Shown: one piece after another, positions 40,130-52,636 of the stretch
How the letters are laid out: each line of letters opens with the position of its first letter
Position numbering within the stretch: the stretch's first letter is position 1
Source of the DNA: Eledone cirrhosa
Taxonomy: Eukaryota
Assembly: GCA_964016885.1 (NCBI GenBank)
Contig: OZ024750.1
Coordinates: forward strand, 6,758,001 to 6,822,000
Reading direction: 5' to 3'
Length of the DNA: 64,000 nt
Program-made: the position numbers and the translations under genes
Notes under the pieces: generated by a model
What the model was told of the DNA's origin: nothing
Seen by the model: the letters and a program-made list of their open reading frames with translations, nothing else
The model's database searches: none

Positions 40130-40468
40130 ACTAGAAGGATTGGCTGAAAAGTTCATAGACTAACCAAGATACTCTCATGGAATGACCAAATGAGGTTTTT
40201 ATTTTTCAACATAGTCCATAGAAAGAAACAATTCAGTTATTAATAAGAGTTGAAATGAATACATGCAAGATTTCACAGCTCTAGCATCACTCTTTCATAG
40301 GCTGACTAAGATACTCTCATGGAATGACCAAATGAGCTTTATTTTTCAATGTAGGAAAGAAAAAATGCAATTATTAATAAGAAGAGTTGAAATTAATGAA
40401 TGCAAGATTTCACATCTCTAGCATCACTCCTTCATAGTCAGCCTTGAACTTTACAGCCTACCCTCGTA
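40130..40468. mobile_element. Mariner-type MITE with internal ~143-bp duplication
   Basis: The right end is the reverse complement of TACGAGGGTAGGCTGTAAAGTTCAAGGCTGAC. Similar left ends occur at ~40132, 6509 and 19156. Confidence 0.6.
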
Positions 40469-40884
40469 TTTCATTAGATTTCAGAAAACAATGTTAAAAA
40501 TAAATGTAACAAGATACATTTTATGGCTACCAGAGTCTATGGAGTTAAAATAAAACATACAGACCATATATGGGTATATTTGATTAGATTTCAAGGAACA
40601 ATGTTAAAAACAAATGCCGTAACAAGATACTCTGGCTACCAGAGCCAAGGACAAAATAATTAGTTTAAAAAAATCTACAGACCATATATAGTATTTTAGC
40701 CATAAATATGTCTCTAATTTCTGCAGAAATTGTGATACACTTGGTGCAAAAGAACCAGGTCCTACTTGTGTGTTGATAGAACTGCAGAATAGAGAGTGTA
40801 AAAGACATGATTACAGTTGAAGGAACATCACAGAGTCAACACAGTAGAAACAGGGAGTCTAGTTAACATATGCTATAATAAAAT

Positions 40885-41650
40885 ACACCCATCCTACCCT
40901 ATAAGACTGTAATGCTTGTGCCACGAAGAAAAGCACACATTCCACCCTAAAAGGCACCCAGCCCACCGTCACAAAGAAAAGTACCCAGTCCACCCTGTAA
41001 GGTGGTAGTGCTGATGCCATGAAGAAAAGCACCCAAGCTCCCCTGTAAGGTGGTAGTGCTGGTACCATGAAGGCACCCAGCCTACCCTATAAGAGAGTAA
41101 TGCTTGTGCCACCAAGAAAAGCATACAGTACACCCCGTAAGGTGGTAGTGCTGGTACCATGAAGGCACCCAGCCTACCCTATAAGAGAGTAATGCTTGTG
41201 CCACAAAGAAAAGGACACAGTCCACCCTGAAATGGGGTAAAGCTTGTGCTATGTAGGCACCCAAGCCCACCCTATAAGACTGTAGTGCTTGTGCCACCAA
41301 GAAAAGCATACAGTACACCCTGTAAGGTGGTAGTACTGGTACCACGAAGGCACCCAGCCCACTCTATAAGACTGTAGTGCTTGTGCCACCAAGAAAAGCA
41401 TACAGTACACCCTGTAAGGTGGTAGTACTGGTACCACGAAGGCACCCAGCCTACCCTATAAGACTGTAGTGCTTGTGGCACCAAGAAAAGTACACAGTCC
41501 ACCCTGTAAGGGAGTAGTGCTTGAACTATGATGGCACACAGTCCACCCTATAAGACTGTAGTGCTTGTGTCATGATGAAAAGCACCCAGTCCTCCTGTAT
41601 GGTGGTAGTGCTGATGCCACATCAAAAAGCAGCCAGTCCACTCTGTAAAG
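40885..41650. repeat. 92-bp higher-order tandem repeat made of two related ~46-bp halves
   Basis: aaggcacccagcctaccctataagactgtagtgcttgtgccaccaag alternates with aaaagcatacagtacaccctgtaaggtggtagtactggtaccacg. Confidence 0.85.
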
Positions 41651-42662
41651 TATTTGGCATTAAGAAGGGCATTCAGCCATAGAAACCAAGCTAAAATCAC
41701 AGACCTGTAAGAGCAGAACACAGTCGCCTGGGCTGTATAGCCTCAGTACATGATAGCCTGTCTAACCCATGCAAGGATGGGAAATAGATGTTGAATTGTG
41801 ATGATGATGATGATGATGATGACGATGATGATGTTTATGTGTTTAGTTTTTTTTTATTTTCATATAACCTCAATTCATGATATTGTGAGATTTTATATAT
41901 TGAATATATTTGTTTTTATATAATCCTTAAAATTAATAAATTTATTTCGTTTTAACGGTAAATATATATTTTCAAATGACTCCATCACAATATTTTAATT
42001 CAGAAGAATTTATGTACGTCTGTGTTAAGACAAATCAACGTCCACAAGGGATCTTTGTTTAAAGGGAACTAACTCCGATCCCTTTGTATCTAAAATTGTT
42101 TTGATGACAATTGCCTTTTGATATTGAATAAATCTGTGTAAACATAATTTGAAGCTTTCCGATTTACAGTAATCGATACATATCCGTAGTTTAGTATCGA
42201 AAATATAAAATCTTAAGAAACTACATTTAATATATATTTTGAAAGCACAACATTTAAATACAGTTAAAAATTAAGAATAATAATCTTTATAATATAAAGA
42301 AACAATTAAACAAACAGACATCCAGACGAAAATACGAAACTAATTACTAGTTCTGTCTTTTAAATAAGGTTTGTCTAATATAACAATATCCGGTGGTGAT
42401 TTTGAAACGAAAACGAGATTAAAAGTATGGATAACCAAAAGTAGCACAATGTTATAATTTCGCTATTAATTCTTTGTTTACCGATTGCGAATATCAATTT
42501 CGTTGATAATATATTTATATATAATGAAGAATTATTTCATCGAGCAGGTTTATAGTTATTAAGAATGAAATTTAGGTTTTAAGAATTGGGTATTACATAC
42601 CAATACGGAAGTCCATACATTGCTTACTAAGTGTAATAAGGTATTCGTTTAGGAAAACCAAG

Positions 42663-43292
42663 ATGGCCAACGAAGTGGTTCACGCTCCTAACAAAACATG
42701 GGAATTAACTTTATACGAACTTCATCGGACACCTCAAGAACTTATAACGGATAGTACAGAAATGGCTGTTTCTCCTAGGAGTTTACATAATGAGTTAATG
42801 TGTCCTATTTGTTTGGATATGTTGAAAACAACAATGACAACTAAGGAGTGTTTACATCGTTTTTGTCAAGAATGCATTATTACAGCATTACGTAGCGGCA
42901 ATAAGGAATGCCCTACTTGTCGAAAAAAGCTTGTTTCTAAACGGTCCCTTCGCCCAGATCCGAATTTTGATGCCTTGATCTCTAAAATATACCCAAGTCG
43001 TGATGAATATGAAGCTCAACAACAGCGAGTGCTTGATAAATTAAATAGACATCACAATTCGACAGCTCTTACTAACAGTATTGAAGAAGGACTTCGACGA
43101 CAAGCAGAAAACCGGGTTCAAAGGGTTCGAAAACTTCCATTAGAAGGAGCTCCTGTTTACGATGCAGCTTTTCAGAACCAGCAAAGCACTCCATTGACAC
43201 CCCAGTCAACTCAACAACAGCAGCTGCCGTCCAGCACCCCGGGTTCTCAACAACAACCATCTTTGTCTAACAACAACAACAGTAGTAGTACC

Positions 43293-43324
<32 letters not shown>

Positions 43325-43376
43325 TAACAATAATAACAATAATAATAATAATAGTCACCACCACCATGCACAACAG

Positions 43377-43422
<46 letters not shown>

Positions 43423-43788
43423 AACAACAACAGCAGCAGCAGCAACAACAGCAGCAGCAGCATCATCATCATCATCAACAGCATCACCAGTCATCACAAC
43501 AACAACAACAACAACAGAGCACATCATCATCGTCGTCGTCATCATCATCATTGTCGTCATCAAACAACTCCGATGTGCTGAACACCACTCCAAGGAAGCG
43601 ACAGAAGACTGGTTCGGATGATTCTAGTGCTGAGAATTCCGTTGGTGAAGGTAGCACCGAACAGCAGCAATTGCAGGAGACTACAGTCAGTGATATTGAA
43701 CTTGTGTTTAAACCTCACCCCCAGGATGGGGACGTTGTAGTCGACCATTCCAACACAAGATACATCAAAACTACTGCTAATGCCACAG
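42663..43788 (+). CDS. RNF2: RING1/RNF2 coding exon 1 (RING finger, low-complexity linker, start of RAWUL)
   Basis: aagATGG start context; donor GCC ACA G|gtaaaa. Confidence 0.93.
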
Positions 43789-43839
43789 GTAAAACTGCTT
43801 TTTCATTTTTATTTCAACAAACCATATTATTTCTATTAA

Positions 43840-43889
<50 letters not shown>

Positions 43890-46800
43890 TTATGTAATAT
43901 ATTAACAAATGGAAACTATATTTATAAAACCATATTTATTTTATTATACATATTTCAAGGGCCACCAAGGCAAATTATGGTGCGCTTTCATCAGATAAAA
44001 TACAATACAGATTTGTTTTATAAATAAGTATTGACATACCCTGAAAAAAAGACAACCTTAACTGTTGGAGCTTCCTGGATAGTGGAGTAAATATTGTATA
44101 TTGTATATTGTATATTTACTCCACTTATATGTTGAGTGCTTTATATCAGTTATAAACATTTTTAAGCTTGTTGAATCCCAACAAACTAAATATAACCTCT
44201 GCATATATATATTTATATATATTTATATTGTATTATTTTATGGTAAATTTAAATGTAATCTTATATTTTGATTCTGTCATTTTCGTGATAAACTGCCCTC
44301 ATTTCCTTCTCTAGTACAACCATAAATCGCGGTTTTGGATCTCTCTCTCTCTGTTATTTAAAACAGGCGTGTATTTTGTTGTTTGTTAATTTTCTCTAAA
44401 GACAGCGGGAAAAACCATTTAAAATTTAGTTCAAACTAAGGTTAATATATCTGACTATAATATATGTAAAATGTAGATGAGAAAAACATCACATATACCA
44501 CAATAGAATTAAAATTGAAGGCAGTTCGTCACAATTTATAATTTGTCAATGTTTTTTTCCCCCCTTATTTAATATTCAAGTTTATTAAATACAAGCGGCT
44601 GAAATAGTGTTCCTTCGAAGAGTCTTTCAGTAACGTTACTTGATAGGGTGTGTGTCTCGGAGATTAGGGAGTCACTCCAGGTAGAGTCGCTACTTCTCTG
44701 AATTGAGAGATCACAGCTCTGATACTCTGGACATGTGGTTAGAATGTCTCAAGAAAGAATCGCTGGAGAGATTTTATGGACAAAACCAACCGGCAGGAGA
44801 CCCAGGGGTAGACCCCAAGCAAGATGGTTGGATAAGATCGATGAGGTTGGCTGGTCATGCTTGGAGGTTCCAGCCAGGACAGTTTGAGATGGTTGCTTCT
44901 GTCATGACCCTCTGGAAGGAATTTGAGTGCACTAGGGTGTTGGGTTAGATGCCTCAATATTTATTCTGGTTCATTGTGTTCTGAGTTCAGCTCATTTCGA
45001 GGTCTACTTTTTCATTCTTTTCATCCTCTCGAGGTTGATAAATAAAATACCATTCTACAGGGCTGGGGATTGTCAGTCGGAAGGGGAGCTCTGTAGTATC
45101 TAGGTTGTCTCTCTGCATTCTCAGATCAAATTTCACCCCTTTCAGCCATGAGTTATGACTGGTAGATAGTATCAGCAATGGAGAGACCAATGAAAACATT
45201 GTCTTTAGCTTGATTTGATGATAGGTTCCTTTTTCTGTTATGAGAATACATAAAGGTAAAAAACCCCTTCAGTCACAAATGACCATGGGATTTGCACCTA
45301 GAAAGTTCCCCTCCGAGGCACAAGTCCGGGCTAGGTTGTTTGTGGAAGAGCAGTAGTCACCTATGTATACCAGCCTCCCCTCCGCGCCACTGATGTTTTC
45401 CAAGGGAAAGGCAATGGCCTATACAGCTTGATACCAGTGATACTCTTATGTGCCTATTATATACACACTATATAAACTATATATACACTAGCTATACCAG
45501 TGACGTCTTCCAGTTACTTCTGTGCTTCAACACACTTCTCCTTGTTCTCCTCCTCTTTCAATCTTTTCTATATTTCATCTGCCTCTCACCCACCTTGTGG
45601 ATTGTCTCTCTGTTGACCACTGGCCGCTGGTCTCTGTCGTCTAAGGCATGTTTGCCCATCGCTGTCTTTGACAGCATTTAGCTGTCTTAACTGCTGTTCT
45701 AGAGATGAGTTTTCTCATTTTTGTATGTATATTGATGATGACATTTCATTGATGCAACCCATCTTTACAAATTAAGAAAAGCTGTGAGTATGTTCGCTTT
45801 ATCTACTTTATTTATTAACCATTTGTGTTATTTCCATATTTTTCAGTTGATCACCTATCCAAGTATCTAGCTATTAGACTGTCTGTTGAAAATGGTAAGT
45901 ACTTGTTTTCAAATATATGTTAAAGTTAGTTGTTTAGTTCTAGATCAATTTTGATCAAGAGAACCTATAATCAGAGGTCTTCCAGTCGTTTTTTTTTTGT
46001 TTTTTTTAAAAAACTTTTTACCAAACATAATCCGTTGGATGTGCAATGTTAATGTGTGTGAACGACCAAGCATAGATGAGTTGAGAGAGAAACTGTGTAC
46101 AAGAGGGATAAGTTGTGGCGTGCAGGAGAGAAGACTGAGATGGTATGGACATGTGATGCGCATGGAGGATGACCGCTGGGTAAAGAAGTGCCAAGAAATC
46201 CCAGTAGAAGGAAGTGATGATGATGATGATTGTACAGCATTCAGTAATCAAAAGAAGGGAGGTGGTTGTAAAAACTAAACTCGCTATCTTCAATTCGGTA
46301 TTTGTGCCAACCCTTCCTTATGGTCAGGAATCTTGGTAATGACTGAAAGAATACAATTGCAAATATAAGCGCCCGAAATGGGGTTCCTCCAAGGGGTCTT
46401 TGGAGTAACATACTCAATAGAGTACATAGCTCAGAGATCAGAGAGTCGCTCCAGGTTGAGCCGCTACTTCTCTGAATTGAGAGATCACAGCTCTTATACT
46501 ATAGGCATGTGGTTAGAATGTCTCAAGAAAGAATTGCTGGACAGATTTTACGGGCAAAACCAACCGGCAGGAGACCCTCTCATTTTGAAGCTGGTGAGAT
46601 GAACATAACTTAAAAGGTTCTTACATACTTTTCTAGTGGCAGATTTTAATTTAACCCTTTAGCATTTGAACTGGCCATATCCAGCCAGAATTCTCTCACA
46701 TCTTTCTGTTCAAACGGGATGTAACCGGCCCCTCATACTGATGTTAAGGTATTGTTCTCAAAATAAGTAATATCAAAATCTTGTAGATTTGATATTGTAG

Positions 46801-47345
46801 GAGATAATTCTGTGAGATAAAGTGTTTACCATGAAAATACAATAATATATATAGAGTAATGTAAATCCTAAAGAGTTAAATAAGAACATGTTAAGTAGTT
46901 TTGTAACATCGAACCAGGAGTGGTTTCAGGTGGGTTGGTATCAAAAGGGGTTAAATTGTTCTTCCGATGTGGATATGGAAACATTCTTTATTCACTCATT
47001 GTATCTCATTTAAGTCACTCACTGAAATTGTATACTAATATATATGTATTTTTTTCTTTCTTTCTTTTTGATATTTTTTCAGGTTCATTAAGTACACCTG
47101 CCGAAAATAACAAGTATATGATTTTTATTGCAACATCACCTGGCAATTTTGCACATCTGAGCGGTTCTATGACCCTGGATCAGGTGAATGATAAGTACTG
47201 GAAAGTCAACAAGCCACTCGAGATGTTTTACTCGCTGCAAAAGAAAAGTGGCCATGATGCTAACTCCTGCACTTTGTCATCCACTCTTCTTCAGGTAGTT
47301 TATGTCAGGGATCATCACAGAAGAAGAGTGGGGGGAGAGAAGTGA
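42663..47345 (+). CDS. RNF2: E3 ubiquitin ligase RING1/RNF2 (Sce/dRING orthologue), PRC1 catalytic subunit; 3 exons, 478 aa if exon 3 is terminal
   Basis: [17 protein letters not shown]3HC4 RING (CPICLDML...[10 protein letters not shown]...[21 protein letters not shown]) and RAWUL (IELVFKPHP...[19 protein letters not shown]...[13 protein letters not shown]). Exons 42663-43788, 45847-45894 and 47083-47345 join in frame. Confidence 0.95.
43939..44000 (-). ncRNA. Minimal hammerhead ribozyme-like motif, antisense in RNF2 intron 1
   Basis: - strand: ttttat CTGATGA aagcgcacca-loop-tggtggccctt GAAA tatgta ta ataaaa. Confidence 0.55.
44600..44945 (+). mobile_element. RTE/Rex3-like LINE 3' fragment (others 21230-21375 -, 46370-46580 +)
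   Basis: [41 protein letters not shown]. Confidence 0.78.
45847..45894 (+). CDS. RNF2: RING1/RNF2 exon 2 (48 nt)
   Basis: tttcag|TT GAT CAC CTA TCC AAG TAT CTA GCT ATT AGA CTG ... AAT G|gtaagt; [12 protein letters not shown]. Confidence 0.92.
46020..46230 (+). mobile_element. RTE LINE fragment (different subfamily)
   Basis: IIRWMCNV...ELREKL...[24 protein letters not shown]. Confidence 0.78.
47083..47345 (+). CDS. RNF2: RING1/RNF2 exon 3 (RAWUL C-terminus)
   Basis: tttcag|GT TCA TTA ...; [39 protein letters not shown]. The 3' end is uncertain because of a possible donor after 47294. Confidence 0.85.
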
Positions 47346-47464
47346 GAACTGATGAGGATTGCTGGAGAAATCTACTTCCTAAACTACTTGCTGGTTACTT
47401 GTCAGTCTTTTCTCATTTCTCCCTTCTCTCTCCATTTCTTCAAACATTTTTTCATTCAATAGAC

Positions 47465-47664
47465 NNNNNNNNNNNNNNNNNNNNNNNNNNNNNNNNNNNN
47501 NNNNNNNNNNNNNNNNNNNNNNNNNNNNNNNNNNNNNNNNNNNNNNNNNNNNNNNNNNNNNNNNNNNNNNNNNNNNNNNNNNNNNNNNNNNNNNNNNNNN
47601 NNNNNNNNNNNNNNNNNNNNNNNNNNNNNNNNNNNNNNNNNNNNNNNNNNNNNNNNNNNNNNNN
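47465..47664. other. Assembly gap (200 N)
   Basis: Run of N. The round size suggests a scaffolding join of unknown true length. Confidence 0.99.
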
Positions 47665-47708
47665 ACAAAGTTAACCTCGGCGGGATTTGACTCAGAATGG
47701 CAAGGGCC

Positions 47709-47817
<109 letters not shown>

Positions 47818-47914
47818 TATCACATACCTGTATTTATATATGAATTTAAGAGTTAGTGACTTTTCATTTATATTGAAAGGAAAAATCCTGGTTGTGAACT
47901 GGACTATGAAACCG

Positions 47915-48015
47915 TAGACGTGTGAAATAACAAAACAATCACTTTACACAGCCCTTTTCTGCCGCCCACCGTTGAAGGTGTGTAAGTGATTGTTTGTTCC
48001 TTTCAACCGCGTCTA
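47915..48015. ncRNA. Candidate pri-miRNA-like hairpin
   Basis: tagacgtgtgaaataacaaaacaatcactttacacagccctt pairs imperfectly with gaaggtgtgtaagtgattgtttgttcctttcaaccgcgtcta. Confidence 0.35.
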
Positions 48016-48101
48016 TATTTTTTTTTTACATTAGTTATTCAAATGTTTTCAGCTACGTAACAGCTACTTTCTCAGTGACTTTATCCTCTAGGAATTTTAC
48101 A

Positions 48102-48137
<36 letters not shown>

Positions 48138-48802
48138 TCAATGTGCAGTCCTATAGCTCCAACCGAATACCTAAACAGGCATGACAGAGCTGCACAATAC
48201 ATACATTGGATAATGTGTAAGCATTTTGACCTGCCCCATCAAAAGAATTGGTGGGAGCATCAACCACCTTCCATATTTGAAAAAGATCACATCTCAATCT
48301 TGTGGAACTTTAGCATCCAAACAGATCGAAAAATAGATGCAAATAGACCTGATATATTACTGAAGGACTTTAAAAAGAGGGTATGCCTGCTAATTGATAT
48401 GTCCGTCCCAATAGACAAGAATGTATCTATAAAAACATTTGAAAAATTGAGCAAGTATAAGGACCTGGAGATAGAAATTGGAAAAATGTGGAAATTGAGA
48501 ACTAAAACAATACCAGTGGTTGTAGGCGCTCTAGGAATGATACATAAGGGGTCTAATGATTACTTATCGCAAATCCCAGGAAACCCGCGTATAGGAGAAA
48601 TACAAAAGATAGTACTAATGGGAACTGCCCATATACTAAGGAAGATTCTGTCAATATAAGTACATCACAAGTCTAAACACCTAAAGATGCATGTGTGTGT
48701 ATGTATGTTCTTTCTTGAACATGGCGGACCTTGTTGTCTCTTGAGGTCACTGGTTGTGACTTGGTGATAACTCGTATGAACATAAAGCAAGATAAATGTA
48801 AC

Positions 48803-48805
<3 letters not shown>
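48138..48805 (+). mobile_element. 5'-truncated R4/Dong-clade non-LTR retrotransposon (restriction-like endonuclease domain) in a (TAA)n tract
   Basis: EYLNRHDR, NRPDI, LIDMSVP.D, EKLSKYKDL, IPVVVGALG, QKIVLMGTAHILRK*; (AAT)n on both sides, the known Dong target; small 3' piece also at ~27358. Confidence 0.88.
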
Positions 48806-48846
<41 letters not shown>

Positions 48847-49070
48847 CAATGGTTTCTGATTTGAGCTCAAGGCCAGCAATTTGGGGGTGGGGTGGAAAGG
48901 GAAAAGTCGATAAAATCGACCCCAGTGCATTACTGGTGCTTTATTTTATCGATCCCGTAAGGATGAAAGGCAAAGCTAACCTCGGCGGGATTTGAACTCA
49001 GATCGTAAAGGGAGTAAGGGAGTGAGGGAGAAGAAGGGGGAGAGAGGAGGGCAAAGAGAGAGAGAGAGAG

Positions 49071-49149
<79 letters not shown>

Positions 49150-49920
49150 GCTGCTAATATTGTTGGAATCATGCAAGGAATTTGGAAAGACAAGTGTGTA
49201 AAAACGTTATCTTTCCATGAAAGAAAGTACAACATACACAACATCCCCTCACACCAATATATAAACCATTAGATCTCTGAACAGGAACTGCACCACCATC
49301 TGGATGTTTAGAATTTGTCCAGGAGACTAAAAATAAATGTCTTTATCAAGGATTGCTTCTTTCTTACACCAATGATACCTGGATCTCAGAGCCAGATCTA
49401 CCATTAAGCTAACCAAGCAATAACCTCAGAAAGAGACCCCAGAAAGGCGCATTACCTACATGCTAGAAAGCTGGACTATTTACAGTGTGTCAGAATAGAA
49501 ACTTAACATTGGAAAAGCAAATAATCCAACCGTGTTTCCAGTATAAATGTATCATATATAAATATATTATTTTTATAAATATATATAAATATATATATAT
49601 ATATATTATATATTACCTGAGGAAAAACTACGAGAGAAAATAAAATTGACAAAAAAATTGTTTTGTCGAGTTGTTCAAACGCAATGGAAGCTATGTATGA
49701 GCAGCAACAAACATCATCATCAACAGAAAGGGTTGGAGATGTAGATAAAAGTATATGGGAAAAAAACGTTTAGTTTTAACCCAAAATATTCCCATAAATA
49801 CCAAATACCCAAATACAACTGCCCGAATCTTATTCGATCAATATTGAAGACTTTCCCTTATTCCAACCGTGTATATATTGATTGAAATACAAACTTACAA
49901 GAAATCAAGGAGTGCAAAAC

Positions 49921-50022
<102 letters not shown>

Positions 50023-50050
50023 TGTGTCTGTGTGAGTGTATATGTATATA

Positions 50051-50082
<32 letters not shown>

Positions 50083-50509
50083 AATGTATGTGTGTGTATG
50101 TGTGTGTGTCTATGTGTGTATTGTGTATTGTGTATTAGCTCGCACGCAAACACCCTAATAGATATTTTCTCTTTCATTGCATACAAGGAAGTATAAAAAA
50201 AAAAGAATATATATATATATGTGTGTATATGTATGTGTATATATGTGTGTGTATATGTATGTGTGGGTGAATGTGAGCGTGTGGGTGTATATGTGTGTGT
50301 ATGTATGTGTATGTGTGTGTGTATGAATGTGTGTGTGAATGTGAGTTTGTGGGTGTATATTCACGTCTATATGTATACATACATACATATATACACACCT
50401 GACTCATCCGGACTATATATATACACATATATAAGACGAGGATTGTATTGTAGTAAGAAGAATATATTCTATCCAGTTATTTACAGAACTCAATTGACCT
50501 GTGTGATAG

Positions 50510-50561
<52 letters not shown>

Positions 50562-50940
50562 AGGGAGTGTAACGTGTAGTTACTGTACGTTCACTCGGGA
50601 GAGCACTCGATGTTTAGGTTCACTTCAGTGTCGAGGTGTAGAGCTAGACAGAGTGTATTATATTGAAAAGATAACAAGGACGATTGGTTACTCCTTCATT
50701 ACATTTATTGGTAGGTGACGCGCGTTTCGCCACAGGTCTGCTCAAGGTTCTATCTGTATCGATCCTACCCGACTCTATAATCCGCAGATCGACGGACCCC
50801 TTAAAATGCTAGTAGAAAAAAAAAAATATATATATATATACACACAAGGTGTCCCCCCAAAAATGTATACACCTCAACAGCATTCTAATAAATATTGCCT
50901 TTACAGGTAATCAAAGTGTATATACATTTTTGGGGACATC

Positions 50941-50999
<59 letters not shown>

Positions 51000-51061
51000 A
51001 TAATAATAATAATAATAATTGTTTCTACTTTTGGCACAAGGCCAGCAATTATCCCAGTGCA

Positions 51062-51192
51062 TCATATTTTCTATTTAATTTTAGTTGTAATTCTTTTATG
51101 TTTATTGCCTCTGTAATTACAGAGGCAATAAACATAAAAGAATTACAACCAAAATTAAAAGAATTACAACCAAAATTAAATAGAAAATATGA
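51062..51192. repeat. Loopless palindrome with ~55-bp arms and a 21-bp duplication in the right arm
   Basis: Centre ...ttgcctctgtaa|ttacagaggcaa... Confidence 0.9.
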
Positions 51193-51317
51193 GTGGAACA
51201 GCAACATCACAACTTACAATTAAGGACAAAATGAAAACACACACATAGAACAAACAACCAACCAACAACATGTAAATAAATAAACAAATAGATAAATGAA
51301 CACAAACACACACAGAC

Positions 51318-51592
51318 ACCCGGATGTGGCGCATGCGCAAACTGAGCACACAACACACACACACAGAAACAAAATGGCGTAGGACAGAAGAAAGGAAAGG
51401 CACAGAAACAAAGAAAGGAATCCCCAGTCACTGAAGAGGTCACAGAGTGTGTGACGAAAGGACTATGACTATATATAAACAACTATCTGGTTGTGGAACC
51501 AACCAACCAACCAGAAATTTATAAATTTGTAGATTTGTAGATTTATAAATTTATAAATATATAATAAATTGAAGTGAAAGCAACTGGTGCGT
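51318..51592 (+). promoter_or_regulatory. Candidate housekeeping-type promoter and first non-coding exon
   Basis: ETS CCGGATGT (51320), NRF1 GCGCATGCGC (51329) and YY1 AAAATGGCG (51371) within 60 bp in CpG-poor DNA; donor ctg|gtgcgt at 51586/7. Confidence 0.5.
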
Positions 51593-51690
51593 GTGTTTCT
51601 TATTGGCAACATGACCCTCCCAAAGTATAACAATATCGGTTTCAACACACGATTTCAGATAAAGAATCTTGCTAAACAAATTCAGAAACG

Positions 51691-51779
<89 letters not shown>

Positions 51780-51786
51780 TATATAC

Positions 51787-51860
<74 letters not shown>

Positions 51861-52284
51861 GTTGTGTTGATATATTTATGAAACTGTAGAAGGAAAGCTT
51901 TGTATTTGATGTGAGGTAATTGGTTTGCTATTGTCAGAACGGAAGGAATAGCTGGCTTTAAAGAACGGCTGTAATGAAGTAATGTCATAGAAGAACTGGT
52001 GTGGTAGAAATGTCTAATGGTAGATAGGTGGTGGGAGGTGGGAGGTGACGGAGCAGAAGGGGTGGTGGAGGAAGAGGAGGAGGAGAAGAAGAGGAAGAAG
52101 AAGAAGTGGAAGAAGAAGAAGAAGAAGAAGAAGAAGAAGAAGAAGAAGAAGAAAGAAAGGTGTGGTAAATGGTAGCTAGGTATAAGAAGAGGAAGAACAA
52201 CAATATGGAGGGGAGAAGGAGGAGGAGGAGAAGAAGAAAGAGGAGGGAGAGAAGGAGGGGGGAGAAGGAGAAGAAGAACAAGAG

Positions 52285-52318
<34 letters not shown>

Positions 52319-52399
52319 CAGCACCACCACCAGCACGAGGAGAAGTAGGAGGAGGAAGAGAAGGAAGGGGAGGAAGAGAAGGGAGAAAAGGAGGTTTGT

Positions 52400-52636
52400 G
52401 TATACGTGTGTATATATATACGTGTGTATATATATATACGTGTGTATATATATATATATATACGTGTGTATATATATACGTGTGTATATATACGTGTGTA
52501 TATAAATACGTGTGTATATATATACGTGTGTATATATATATACGTGTGTATATATATATACGTGTGTATATATGTACGTGTGTATATATATACGTGTGTA
52601 TATATATACGTGTGTATATATATACGTGTATATACA
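52400..52636. repeat. (TA)n-CGTGTG compound microsatellite
   Basis: Direct reading. Confidence 0.9.

Noticed and set aside
39692-40156. 154-aa minus-strand ORF as a protein
   Set aside because: No recognisable family; it starts in a MITE end and finishes in a microsatellite
43789-44027. C-terminal part of the 454-aa ORF as coding (intronless RNF2)
   Set aside because: It reads into intron 1 and (TA)n; the conserved sequence resumes at 45847
50705-50755. GAAACGCGCGTC motif on the - strand resembling a hammerhead (also CTGAAGA...GAAAC at ~53640-53695)
   Set aside because: CUGANGA core or stem I pairing could not be completed
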